In this document: positions 1-11,200 of the stretch, piece by piece
Position numbering within the stretch: the first letter of the stretch is position 1
Layout of the letters: each line of letters opens with the position of its first letter
Assembly: GCA_048128005.1 (NCBI GenBank)
Contig: JBEUKZ010000068.1
Coordinates: 1 to 64,000 of the forward strand
Source: Veleropilina oligotropha
Taxonomy: Eukaryota
DNA: 64,000 bases
Direction of reading: 5' to 3'
Notes under the pieces: model-generated
What the model saw: the letters and a program-made list of their open reading frames with translations, nothing else
Database searches by the model: none
Told to the model about the DNA's origin: nothing
Made by a program: the position numbers and the translations under genes

Positions 1-1555
1 AATAATAATACACTTTATTTATAAATCGCGATAAGACAGATAGGCCACAGACCTCTTTTCATCCGTGTCGAGAGATAAAACAACAATAACAACAATTATA
101 TATATACAAGAGATAAAATATGAAGAAGATAAAAGGACAATAAAAACATTATACTGTAATATATAAAAGATAAAGAAAATAAAATTAAAATATAGTCACT
201 ATGGTGTATTTGCTTGTCGGAACTTTGCTAAAAAGTGACTATAACATGCAGATTTAAAAGTTGATAATGTTGACGAATCTCGTATCGACTGTGGCAAATC
301 ATTAAATAATTTAGGTCCAGTAATTTTAAAACTTCTTTTGAATAGCTCAGTGCGGGAAAAGGGAATCGATAGGAGAGTTCCATTATTTGACGATCTTAGA
401 GACCTCGTTGGTGTATATATGTTTAAAACGTTACAAATATAAGAAGGCGCAATGCCATGAATTCCTTTAAAAACGAGTAAAACGGTGTTTAACTTAAAAC
501 GATAAAAGACAGAGAACCATCCCATTTTAGCATAAAGTTCGTGAGATGGGATGGAGGCATCACAGTTCAATATTAATCTCATTCCCCGTTTTTGTAAACT
601 TTCCAATCGATTAAGGTCATTCTGAGGACATGATCCCCAGATCGAAAGACAGTAGTCAATGTGTGGCAAAATAAACATATTGTAAAACATTTTACGAGCA
701 TACATTGGTAAGAATTGTTTAATTCTACTTAAAAGATAAAGTTTACTTTCCACCTTTTTAATCACTGAAGATGCATGAGAAGACCAGTTTAGATTTTCTT
801 CAATGTTAACACCGAGCACTTTTTGTGTTTTCACTGCCTCGATATTTATGTTACAATCTTGAACACAAATGTTGAGATCGCGTACAGGGAGTCGTTGCCG
901 TTTTTGAATACTGGTGATTAACATGCTCTTTGTCTTTTGGAAGTTCATCGCCATCTTGTTAACTTGACACCAATGGTTCAAGTTATTAATATCGTGGTTA
1001 AGTACATCCTCTATCTCAGAAATAGTGTTGCCAGACGTAAAAATCGTGGTATCGTCAGCGTAGGATTCATGTTGGCAAGAAAGGTTAAGAGATAGATCGT
1101 TTATATATACTATAAACATCAGTGGCCCCAAAATGGATCCCTGTGGTACCCCCGTACGCAAGGAGGTGGCTTCTGAAAGATGACCATTTATACTCACACG
1201 TTGATTTCGTTGTTGGAAGTATGATTTTAAAAAGGCAAGCGATGATTCAGAAAGTCCGTATATTTTAAGTTTTGATAGTAAAATTTGGTGGTTTATGAGG
1301 TCGAAAGCTTTTCGTAAGTCAACGAACACAGCACCTACTAGTTTTCCAGTGTCGACCGATTCACTCCAGGAGTCTATAAGAGATGTGAGACTAGTAAGAC
1401 ATGAATGGTGGCGCCTGAATCCGGACTGGTGAATATTTAGCAGGTTGTACGAGTCCAGAAATGTTGTTAACGAGTTGCTCACATGCCGCTCGAGGATCTT
1501 TGAAAGAACAGGGAGAACACTTATTGGGCGGAAATTTCCAGGGTCTGTGAGTGAA
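1..1555 (-). mobile_element. 5'-truncated non-LTR retrotransposon (CR1/L2 group, Crack/Daphne-like), copy 1; tail runs off the window start
   Basis: RT motifs in translation (NFRPISVLP, QSGFR, FVDLRKAFD, GVPQGSILGP, YADD, LGV); AT-rich 3' UTR 11-198 with AATAAA (plus 14-19 tttatt) and simple-repeat tail; abrupt junction to satellite at 1555/1556. Clade assignment is from motif recognition only. Confidence 0.92.
35..69 (-). other. LINE 3'-terminal stem-loop (putative RT recognition signal); second copy at 5674-5708
   Basis: Minus strand reads GACACGGAT-GAAAAG-AGGTC-TGT-GGCCT-ATCTGTC: inner stem AGGTC/GGCCT and outer stem CGGAT/ATCTG (with G-U pairs), just upstream of AATAAA and the tail, as known for L2/CR1-group 3' ends. 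Confidence 0.6.
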
Positions 1556-1680
1556 CTCTTGATATTGTACATACGAGACACCAACAACACCATGAAGTCT
1601 CTTGATATTGTACATACGAGTGCACCAACAACGCCATGAAGTCTCTTGATATTGTACATACGAGTCACTAACAACGCCAT
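199..1680 (-). CDS. Chimeric ORF: about 41 satellite-derived aa fused in frame to a LINE reverse transcriptase plus C-terminal region (no endonuclease)
   Basis: 493-aa open frame; N-terminus is satellite translation up to YNIK, then SLTDPGNFRPIS begins the RT domain; catalytic YADD intact. Expression unknown. Confidence 0.7.
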   Translation of the reverse strand: MALLVTRMYNIKRLHGVVGALVCTISRDFMVLLVSRMYNIKSSLTDPGNFRPISVLPVLSKILERHVSNSLTTFLDSYNLLNIHQSGFRRHHSCLTSLTSLIDSWSESVDTGKLVGAVFVDLRKAFDLINHQILLSKLKIYGLSESSLAFLKSYFQQRNQRVSINGHLSEATSLRTGVPQGSILGPLMFIVYINDLSLNLSCQHESYADDTTIFTSGNTISEIEDVLNHDINNLNHWCQVNKMAMNFQKTKSMLITSIQKRQRLPVRDLNICVQDCNINIEAVKTQKVLGVNIEENLNWSSHASSVIKKVESKLYLLSRIKQFLPMYARKMFYNMFILPHIDYCLSIWGSCPQNDLNRLESLQKRGMRLILNCDASIPSHELYAKMGWFSVFYRFKLNTVLLVFKGIHGIAPSYICNVLNIYTPTRSLRSSNNGTLLSIPFSRTELFKRSFKITGPKLFNDLPQSIRDSSTLSTFKSACYSHFLAKFRQANTP

Positions 1681-4600
1681 GAATTCTCTTGATATTGTAC
1701 ATACGAGTCACCAACAACGCCATGAAGTCTCTTGATATTGTGCATACGAGTCACCAACAACGCCATCAAGTCTCTTGATATTGTACATACGAGTGCACCA
1801 CAACGCCATGAAGTCTCTTGATATTGTTCATACGAGTCACCAACAACGCCATGAAGTCTCTTGATATTGTACATACGAGTCACCAACAACGCCATGAAGT
1901 CTCTTGATATTGTACATACGAGTCACCAACAACGCCATGAAGTCTCTGGATATTGTACATACGAGTCACCAACAACGCCACGAAGTCTATTGATATTGTA
2001 CATACGAGTGCACCAACAACGCCATGAAGTCTATTGATATTGTACATACGAGTGCACCAACAACGCCATGAAGTCTCTTGATATTGTACATACGAGTGCA
2101 CCAACAACGCCATGAAGTCTCTTGATATTGTACATACGAGTCACCAACAACGCCATGAAGTCTCTTGATATTGTACATACGAGTCACCAACAACGCCATG
2201 AAGTCTCTTGGTATTGTACATACGAGTCACTAACAACGCCATGAAGTCTATTGATATTGTTCATACGAGTCACCAACAACGCCATGAAGTCTCTTGATAT
2301 TGTACATACGAGTCACCAACAACGCCATGAATTATCTTGATATTGTACATACGAGTCACCAACAACGCCATGAAGTCTCTTGATATTGTACATACGAGTC
2401 ACCAACAACGCCATTAAGTCTCTTGATATTGTACATACGAGTCACCAACAACGCCATGAAGTCTCTTGATATTGTACATACGAGTCACCAACAACGCCAT
2501 GAAGTCTCTTGATATTGTACATACGAGTCACCAACAACGCCATCAAGTCTCTTGATATTGTACATACGAGTCACCAACAACGCCATGAAGTCTCTTGATA
2601 TTGTACATACGAGTCACCAACAACGCCATGAAGTCTCTTGATATTGTACATACGAGTCACCAACAACGCCATGAAGTCTCTTGATATTGTACATACGAGT
2701 CACCAACAACGCCATGAAGTCTCTTGATATTGTACATACGAGTCACCAACAACGCCATGAAGTCTCTTGATATTGTACATACGAGTGCACCAACAACGCC
2801 ATGAAGTCTCTTTAAATTGTACATACGAGTGCACCAACAACGCCATGAAGTCTCTTGATATTGTACATACGAGTGCACCAACAACGCCATGAAGTCTCTT
2901 GATATTGTACATACGAGTGCACCAACAACGCCATGAAATCTCTTGATATTGTACATACGAGTCACCAACAACGCCATGAATTATCTTGATATTGTACATA
3001 CGAGTCACCAACAACGCCATGAAGTCTCTTGATATTGTACATAGGAGTCACCAACAACGCCACGAAGTCTCTTGTTATTGTACATACGAGTGCACCAACA
3101 ACGCCACGAAGTCTCTTGATATTGTACATACGAGTCGCAAACAACGCCATGAAGTCTCTTGATATTGTGCATACGAGTCACCAACAACGCCATGAAGTCT
3201 CTTGATATTGTACATACGAATCGCCAACAACGCCATGAATTCTCTTTATATTGTGCATACGAGTGCACCAACAACGCCATGAAGTCTCTTGATATAGTAC
3301 ATACAAGTCACCAACAACGCCATGAAGTCTCTTTATATTGTAAATACGAGTCACCAACAACGCCATGAATTCTCTTGATATTGTACATACGAGTCACCAA
3401 CAACGCCATGAAGTCTCTTGATATTGTACATAGGAGTCACCAACAACGCCACGAAGTCTCTTGATATTGTACAAACGAGTGCACCAACAACGCCATGAAG
3501 TCTCTTGATATTGTACATACGAGTCACCAACAACGCCATGAAGTCTCTTGATATTGTACATACGAGTCACCAACAACGCCATGAAGTCTCTTGATATTGT
3601 ACATACGAGTCACCAACAACGCCATGAAGTCTCTTGATATTGTACATACGAGTCACCAACAACGCCATGAATTCTCTTGATATTGAACAAACGAGTGCAC
3701 CAACAACGCCATGAAGTCTCTGGATATTGTACATACGAGTCACCAACAACGCCATGAGGTCTCTTGATATTGTACATACGAGTCACCAAAAACGCCATGA
3801 AGTCTCTTGTTATTGTGCATACGAGTCACTAGCAACGCCCTGAAGTCTCTTGGTATTGTACATACGAGTCACCAACAACGCCACGAAGTCTCTTGATATT
3901 GTACATACGAGTCACCAACAACGCCATGAAGTCTCTGGATATTGTACATACGAGAGCACCAACAGCGCCATGAAGTCTCTTGATATTGTACATACGAGTC
4001 ACCAACAACGCCATGAAGTCTCTTGATATTGTACATACGAGTCACCAACAACGCCATGAAGTGTCTTCATAGTGTACATACGAGTCACCAACAACGCCAT
4101 GAAGTCTCTGGATATTGTGCATACGAGTCACCAACAACGCCATGATGTCTCTGGATATTGTACATACGAGTCACCAACAACGCCATGAAGTCTCTTGATA
4201 TTGTACATACGAATGCACCAACAACGCCATGAAGTCTCTTGATATTGTACATACGAGTCACCAACAACGCCATGACGTCTTTTGATTTTGTACATACGAG
4301 TCACCAACAACGCCATGAATTATCTTGATATTGTACATACGAGTCACCAACAACGCCATGAAGTCTCTTGATATTGTACATAGGATTCACCAACAACGCC
4401 ACGAAGTCTCTTGATATTGTACAAACGAGTGCACCAACAACGCCATGAAGTCTCTTGATATTGTACATACGAGTGCACCAACAACGCCATGAAGTCTCTT
4501 GATATTGTACATACGAGTCACCAACAACGCCATGAAGTCTCTTGATATTGTACATACGAGTCACCAACAACGCCATGAAGTCTCTTGATATTGTACATAC

Positions 4601-5622
4601 GAGTCACCAACAACGCCATGAAGTCTCTTGATATTGTACATACGAGTCACCAACAACGCCATGAAGTCTCTTGATATTGTACATACGAGTCACCAACAAC
4701 GCCATGAAGTCTCTTGATATTGTACATACGAGTGCACCAACAACGCCATGAAGTCTCTTGATATTGTACATACGAGTCACCAACAACGCCATGAAGTCTC
4801 TTAATATTGTACATACGAGTCACCAACAACGCCATGAAGTCTCTTGATATTGTACATACGAATCACCAACAACGCCATGAAGTCTCTTGATATTGTACAT
4901 ACGAGTCACCAACAACGCCATGAAGTCTCTTGATATTGTACATACGAGTCATCAACAACGCCATGAAGTCTCTTGATATTGTACATACGAGTCACCAACA
5001 ACGCCATGAAGTCTATTGGTATTGTACATACGAGTCACCAACAACGCCATGAACTCTCTTGATATTGTACATACGAGTCACCAACAACGCCATGAAGTCT
5101 CTTAATATTGTACATACGAGTCACCAACAACGCCATGAAGTCTTTTGATATTGTACATACGAGTCACCAACAACGCCATGAAGTCTTTTGATATTGTACA
5201 TACGAGTCACCAACAACGCCATGAAGTCTCTTGATATTGTACATACGAGTCACCAACAACGCCATGAAGTCTATTGATATTGTACATACGAGTCACCAAC
5301 AACGCCATGAACTCTCTTGATATTGTATATACGAGTCACCAACAACGCCATGAATTCTCTTGATATTGTACATACGAGACACCAACAACACCATGAAGTC
5401 TCTTGATATTGTACATACGAGTGCACCAACAACGCCATGAAGTCTCTTGATATTGTACATACGAGACACCAACAACACCATGAAGTCTCTTGATATTGTA
5501 CAAACGAGTACACCAACAACGCCATGAAGTCTCTTGATATTGTACATACGAGTCACCAACAACGCCATGAAGTCTCTTGATATTGTACATACGAGTGCAC
5601 CAACAACGCCATGAAGTCTCTT
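1556..5622. repeat. 43-bp satellite array, segment between the two LINE copies (about 94 monomers)
   Basis: Direct tandem repeats of CACCAACAACGCCATGAAGTCTCTTGATATTGTACATACGAGT with point variants and a 44-bp GTGCACC variant. Confidence 0.99.
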
Positions 5623-7194
5623 ATAATAATAATAATAATAATAATAATACACTTTATTTATAAATCGCGATAAGACAGATAGGCCACAGACCTCTTTTCA
5701 TCCGTGTCGAGAGATAAAACAACAATAACAACAATTATATATATACAAGAGATAAAATATGAAGAAGATAAAAGGACAATAAAAACATTATACTGTAATA
5801 TATAAAAGATAAAGAAAATAAAATTAAAATATAGTCACTATGGTGTATTTGCTTGTCGGAACTTTGCTAAAAAGTGACTATAACATGCAGATTTAAAAGT
5901 TGATAATGTTGACGAATCTCGTATCGACTGTGGCAAATCATTAAATAATTTAGGTCCAGTAATTTTAAAACTTCTTTTGAATAGCTCAGTGCGGGAAAAG
6001 GGAATCGATAGGAGAGTTCCATTATTTGACGATCTTAGAGACCTCGTTGGTGTATATATGTTTAAAACGTTACAAATATAAGAAGGCGCAATGCCATGAA
6101 TTCCTTTAAAAACGAGTAAAACGGTGTTTAACTTAAAACGATAAAAGACAGAGAACCATCCCATTTTAGCATAAAGTTCGTGAGATGGGATGGAGGCATC
6201 ACAGTTCAATATTAATCTCATTCCCCGTTTTTGTAAACTTTCCAATCGATTAAGGTCATTCTGAGGACATGATCCCCAGATCGAAAGACAGTAGTCAATG
6301 TGTGGCAAAATAAACATATTGTAAAACATTTTACGAGCATACATTGGTAAGAATTGTTTAATTCTACTTAAAAGATAAAGTTTACTTTCCACCTTTTTAA
6401 TCACTGAAGATGCATGAGAAGACCAGTTTAGATTTTCTTCAATGTTAACACCGAGCACTTTTTGTGTTTTCACTGCCTCGATATTTATGTTACAATCTTG
6501 AACACAAATGTTGAGATCGCGTACAGGGAGTCGTTGCCGTTTTTGAATACTGGTGATTAACATGCTCTTTGTCTTTTGGAAGTTCATCGCCATCTTGTTA
6601 ACTTGACACCAATGGTTCAAGTTATTAATATCGTGGTTAAGTACATCCTCTATCTCAGAAATAGTGTTGCCAGACGTAAAAATCGTGGTATCGTCAGCGT
6701 AGGATTCATGTTGGCAAGAAAGGTTAAGAGATAGATCGTTTATATATACTATAAACATCAGTGGCCCCAAAATGGATCCCTGTGGTACCCCCGTACGCAA
6801 GGAGGTGGCTTCTGAAAGATGACCATTTATACTCACACGTTGATTTCGTTGTTGGAAGTATGATTTTAAAAAGGCAAGCGATGATTCAGAAAGTCCGTAT
6901 ATTTTAAGTTTTGATAGTAAAATTTGGTGGTTTATGAGGTCGAAAGCTTTTCGTAAGTCAACGAACACAGCACCTACTAGTTTTCCAGTGTCGACCGATT
7001 CACTCCAGGAGTCTATAAGAGATGTGAGACTAGTAAGACATGAATGGTGGCGCCTGAATCCGGACTGGTGAATATTTAGCAGGTTGTACGAGTCCAGAAA
7101 TGTTGTTAACGAGTTGCTCACATGCCGCTCGAGGATCTTTGAAAGAACAGGGAGAACACTTATTGGGCGGAAATTTCCAGGGTCTGTGAGTGAA
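5623..7194 (-). mobile_element. 5'-truncated non-LTR retrotransposon, copy 2, with (ATA)9 tail at 5623-5649 and CTCTT target-site duplication (5618-5622 / 7195-7199)
   Basis: Same protein translation as copy 1; left junction GAAGTCTCTT|ATAATA, right junction GTGAA|CTCTTGATATTG. Confidence 0.93.
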
Positions 7195-7319
7195 CTCTTG
7201 ATATTGTACATACGAGACACCAACAACACCATGAAGTCTCTTGATATTGTACATACGAGTGCACCAACAACGCCATGAAGTCTCTTGATATTGTACATAC
7301 GAGTCACTAACAACGCCAT
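5838..7319 (-). CDS. Second copy of the satellite-RT chimeric ORF
   Basis: 493-aa translation identical to 199..1680. Confidence 0.7.
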   Translation of the reverse strand: MALLVTRMYNIKRLHGVVGALVCTISRDFMVLLVSRMYNIKSSLTDPGNFRPISVLPVLSKILERHVSNSLTTFLDSYNLLNIHQSGFRRHHSCLTSLTSLIDSWSESVDTGKLVGAVFVDLRKAFDLINHQILLSKLKIYGLSESSLAFLKSYFQQRNQRVSINGHLSEATSLRTGVPQGSILGPLMFIVYINDLSLNLSCQHESYADDTTIFTSGNTISEIEDVLNHDINNLNHWCQVNKMAMNFQKTKSMLITSIQKRQRLPVRDLNICVQDCNINIEAVKTQKVLGVNIEENLNWSSHASSVIKKVESKLYLLSRIKQFLPMYARKMFYNMFILPHIDYCLSIWGSCPQNDLNRLESLQKRGMRLILNCDASIPSHELYAKMGWFSVFYRFKLNTVLLVFKGIHGIAPSYICNVLNIYTPTRSLRSSNNGTLLSIPFSRTELFKRSFKITGPKLFNDLPQSIRDSSTLSTFKSACYSHFLAKFRQANTP

Positions 7320-8295
7320 GAATTCTCTTGATATTGTACATACGAGTCACCAACAACGCCATGAAGTCTCTTGATATTGTGCATACGAGTCACCAACAAC
7401 GCCATCAAGTCTCTTGATATTGTACATACGAGTGCACCACAACGCCATGAAGTCTCTTGATATTGTTCATACGAGTCACCAACAACGCCATGAAGTCTCT
7501 TGATATTGTACATACGAGTCACCAACAACGCCATGAAGTCTCTTGATATTGTACATACGAGTCACCAACAACGCCATGAAGTCTCTGGATATTGTACATA
7601 CGAGTCACCAACAACGCCACGAAGTCTATTGATATTGTACATACGAGTGCACCAACAACGCCATGAAGTCTATTGATATTGTACATACGAGTGCACCAAC
7701 AACGCCATGAAGTCTCTTGATATTGTACATACGAGTGCACCAACAACGCCATGAAGTCTCTTGATATTGTACATACGAGTCACCAACAACGCCATGAAGT
7801 CTCTTGATATTGTACATACGAGTCACCAACAACGCCATGAAGTCTCTTGGTATTGTACATACGAGTCACTAACAACGCCATGAAGTCTATTGATATTGTT
7901 CATACGAGTCACCAACAACGCCATGAAGTCTCTTGATATTGTACATACGAGTCACCAACAACGCCATGAATTATCTTGATATTGTACATACGAGTCACCA
8001 ACAACGCCATGAAGTCTCTTGATATTGTACATACGAGTCACCAACAACGCCATTAAGTCTCTTGATATTGTACATACGAGTCACCAACAACGCCATGAAG
8101 TCTCTTGATATTGTACATACGAGTCACCAACAACGCCATGAAGTCTCTTGATATTGTACATACGAGTCACCAACAACGCCATCAAGTCTCTTGATATTGT
8201 ACATACGAGTCACCAACAACGCCATGAAGTCTCTTGATATTGTACATACGAGTCACCAACAACGCCATGAAGTCTCTTGATATTGTACATACGAG

Positions 8296-11200
8296 TCACC
8301 AACAACGCCATGAAGTCTCTTGATATTGTACATACGAGTCACCAACAACGCCATGAAGTCTCTTGATATTGTACATACGAGTCACCAACAACGCCATGAA
8401 GTCTCTTGATATTGTACATACGAGTGCACCAACAACGCCATGAAGTCTCTTTAAATTGTACATACGAGTGCACCAACAACGCCATGAAGTCTCTTGATAT
8501 TGTACATACGAGTGCACCAACAACGCCATGAAGTCTCTTGATATTGTACATACGAGTGCACCAACAACGCCATGAAATCTCTTGATATTGTACATACGAG
8601 TCACCAACAACGCCATGAATTATCTTGATATTGTACATACGAGTCACCAACAACGCCATGAAGTCTCTTGATATTGTACATAGGAGTCACCAACAACGCC
8701 ACGAAGTCTCTTGTTATTGTACATACGAGTGCACCAACAACGCCACGAAGTCTCTTGATATTGTACATACGAGTCGCAAACAACGCCATGAAGTCTCTTG
8801 ATATTGTGCATACGAGTCACCAACAACGCCATGAAGTCTCTTGATATTGTACATACGAATCGCCAACAACGCCATGAATTCTCTTTATATTGTACATACG
8901 AGTGCACCAACAACGCCATGAAGTCTCTTGATATAGTACATACAAGTCACCAACAACGCCATGAAGTCTCTTTATATTGTAAATACGAGTCACCAACAAC
9001 GCCATGAATTCTCTTGATATTGTACATACGAGTCACCAACAACGCCATGAAGTCTCTTGATATTGTACATAGGAGTCACCAACAACGCCACGAAGTCTCT
9101 TGATATTGTACAAACGAGTGCACCAACAACGCCATGAAGTCTCTTGATATTGTACATACGAGTCACCAACAACGCCATGAAGTCTCTTGATATTGTACAT
9201 ACGAGTCACCAACAACGCCATGAAGTCTCTTGATATTGTACATACGAGTCACCAACAACGCCATGAAGTCTCTTGATATTGTACATACGAGTCACCAACA
9301 ACGCCATGAATTCTCTTGATATTGAACAAACGAGTGCACCAACAACGCCATGAAGTCTCTGGATATTGTACATACGAGTCACCAACAACGCCATGAGGTC
9401 TCTTGATATTGTACATACGAGTCACCAAAAACGCCATGAAGTCTCTTGTTATTGTGCATACGAGTCACTAGCAACGCCCTGAAGTCTCTTGGTATTGTAC
9501 ATACGAGTCACCAACAACGCCACGAAGTCTCTTGATATTGTACATACGAGTCACCAACAACGCCATGAAGTCTCTGGATATTGTACATACGAGAGCACCA
9601 ACAGCGCCATGAAGTCTCTTGATATTGTACATACGAGTCACCAACAACGCCATGAAGTCTCTTGATATTGTACATACGAGTCACCAACAACGCCATGAAG
9701 TGTCTTCATAGTGTACATACGAGTCACCAACAACGCCATGAAGTCTCTGGATATTGTGCATACGAGTCACCAACAACGCCATGATGTCTCTGGATATTGT
9801 ACATACGAGTCACCAACAACGCCATGAAGTCTCTTGATATTGTACATACGAATGCACCAACAACGCCATGAAGTCTCTTGATATTGTACATACGAGTCAC
9901 CAACAACGCCATGACGTCTTTTGATTTTGTACATACGAGTCACCAACAACGCCATGAATTATCTTGATATTGTACATACGAGTCACCAACAACGCCATGA
10001 AGTCTCTTGATATTGTACATAGGATTCACCAACAACGCCACGAAGTCTCTTGATATTGTACAAACGAGTGCACCAACAACGCCATGAAGTCTCTTGATAT
10101 TGTACATACGAGTGCACCAACAACGCCATGAAGTCTCTTGATATTGTACATACGAGTCACCAACAACGCCATGAAGTCTCTTGATATTGTACATACGAGT
10201 CACCAACAACGCCATGAAGTCTCTTGATATTGTACATACGAGTCACCAACAACGCCATGAAGTCTCTTGATATTGTACATACGAGTCACCAACAACGCCA
10301 TGAAGTCTCTTGATATTGTACATACGAGTCACCAACAACGCCATGAAGTCTCTTGATATTGTACATACGAGTGCACCAACAACGCCATGAAGTCTCTTGA
10401 TATTGTACATACGAGTCACCAACAACGCCATGAAGTCTCTTAATATTGTACATACGAGTCACCAACAACGCCATGAAGTCTCTTGATATTGTACATACGA
10501 ATCACCAACAACGCCATGAAGTCTCTTGATATTGTACATACGAGTCACCAACAACGCCATGAAGTCTCTTGATATTGTACATACGAGTCATCAACAACGC
10601 CATGAAGTCTCTTGATATTGTACATACGAGTCACCAACAACGCCATGAAGTCTATTGGTATTGTACATACGAGTCACCAACAACGCCATGAACTCTCTTG
10701 ATATTGTACATACGAGTCACCAACAACGCCATGAAGTCTCTTAATATTGTACATACGAGTCACCAACAACGCCATGAAGTCTTTTGATATTGTACATACG
10801 AGTCACCAACAACGCCATGAAGTCTCTTGATATTGTACATACGAGTCACCAACAACGCCATGAAGTCTATTGATATTGTACATACGAGTCACCAACAACG
10901 CCATGAACTCTCTTGATATTGTATATACGAGTCACCAACAACGCCATGAAGTCTCTTTATATTGTACATGCGAGTCACCAACAACGTCATGAAGTCTCTT
11001 GATATTGTACATACGAGTCACCAACAACGCCGTGAAGTCTCTTAATATTGTACATACGAGTGCACCAACAACGCCATGAAGTCTCTTGATATTGTACATA
11101 CGAGTCACCAACAACGCCATGAAGTCTCTTGATATTGTACATACGAGTCACCAACAACGCCATGAAGTCTCTTGATATTGTACATACGAGTCACCAACAA

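Larger units (their letters stand above)
1..10930. repeat. Tandem duplication, period 5,639 bp (LINE + satellite block)
   Basis: ORF-track items recur at +5639 (199/5838, 2657/8296, 4647/10286); the same rare monomer variants occur in the same order. Right boundary approximate. Confidence 0.95.

Noticed and set aside
5293..5652. Poly-Tyr ORF
   Set aside because: Translation of the LINE (TAT)n tail running into satellite.
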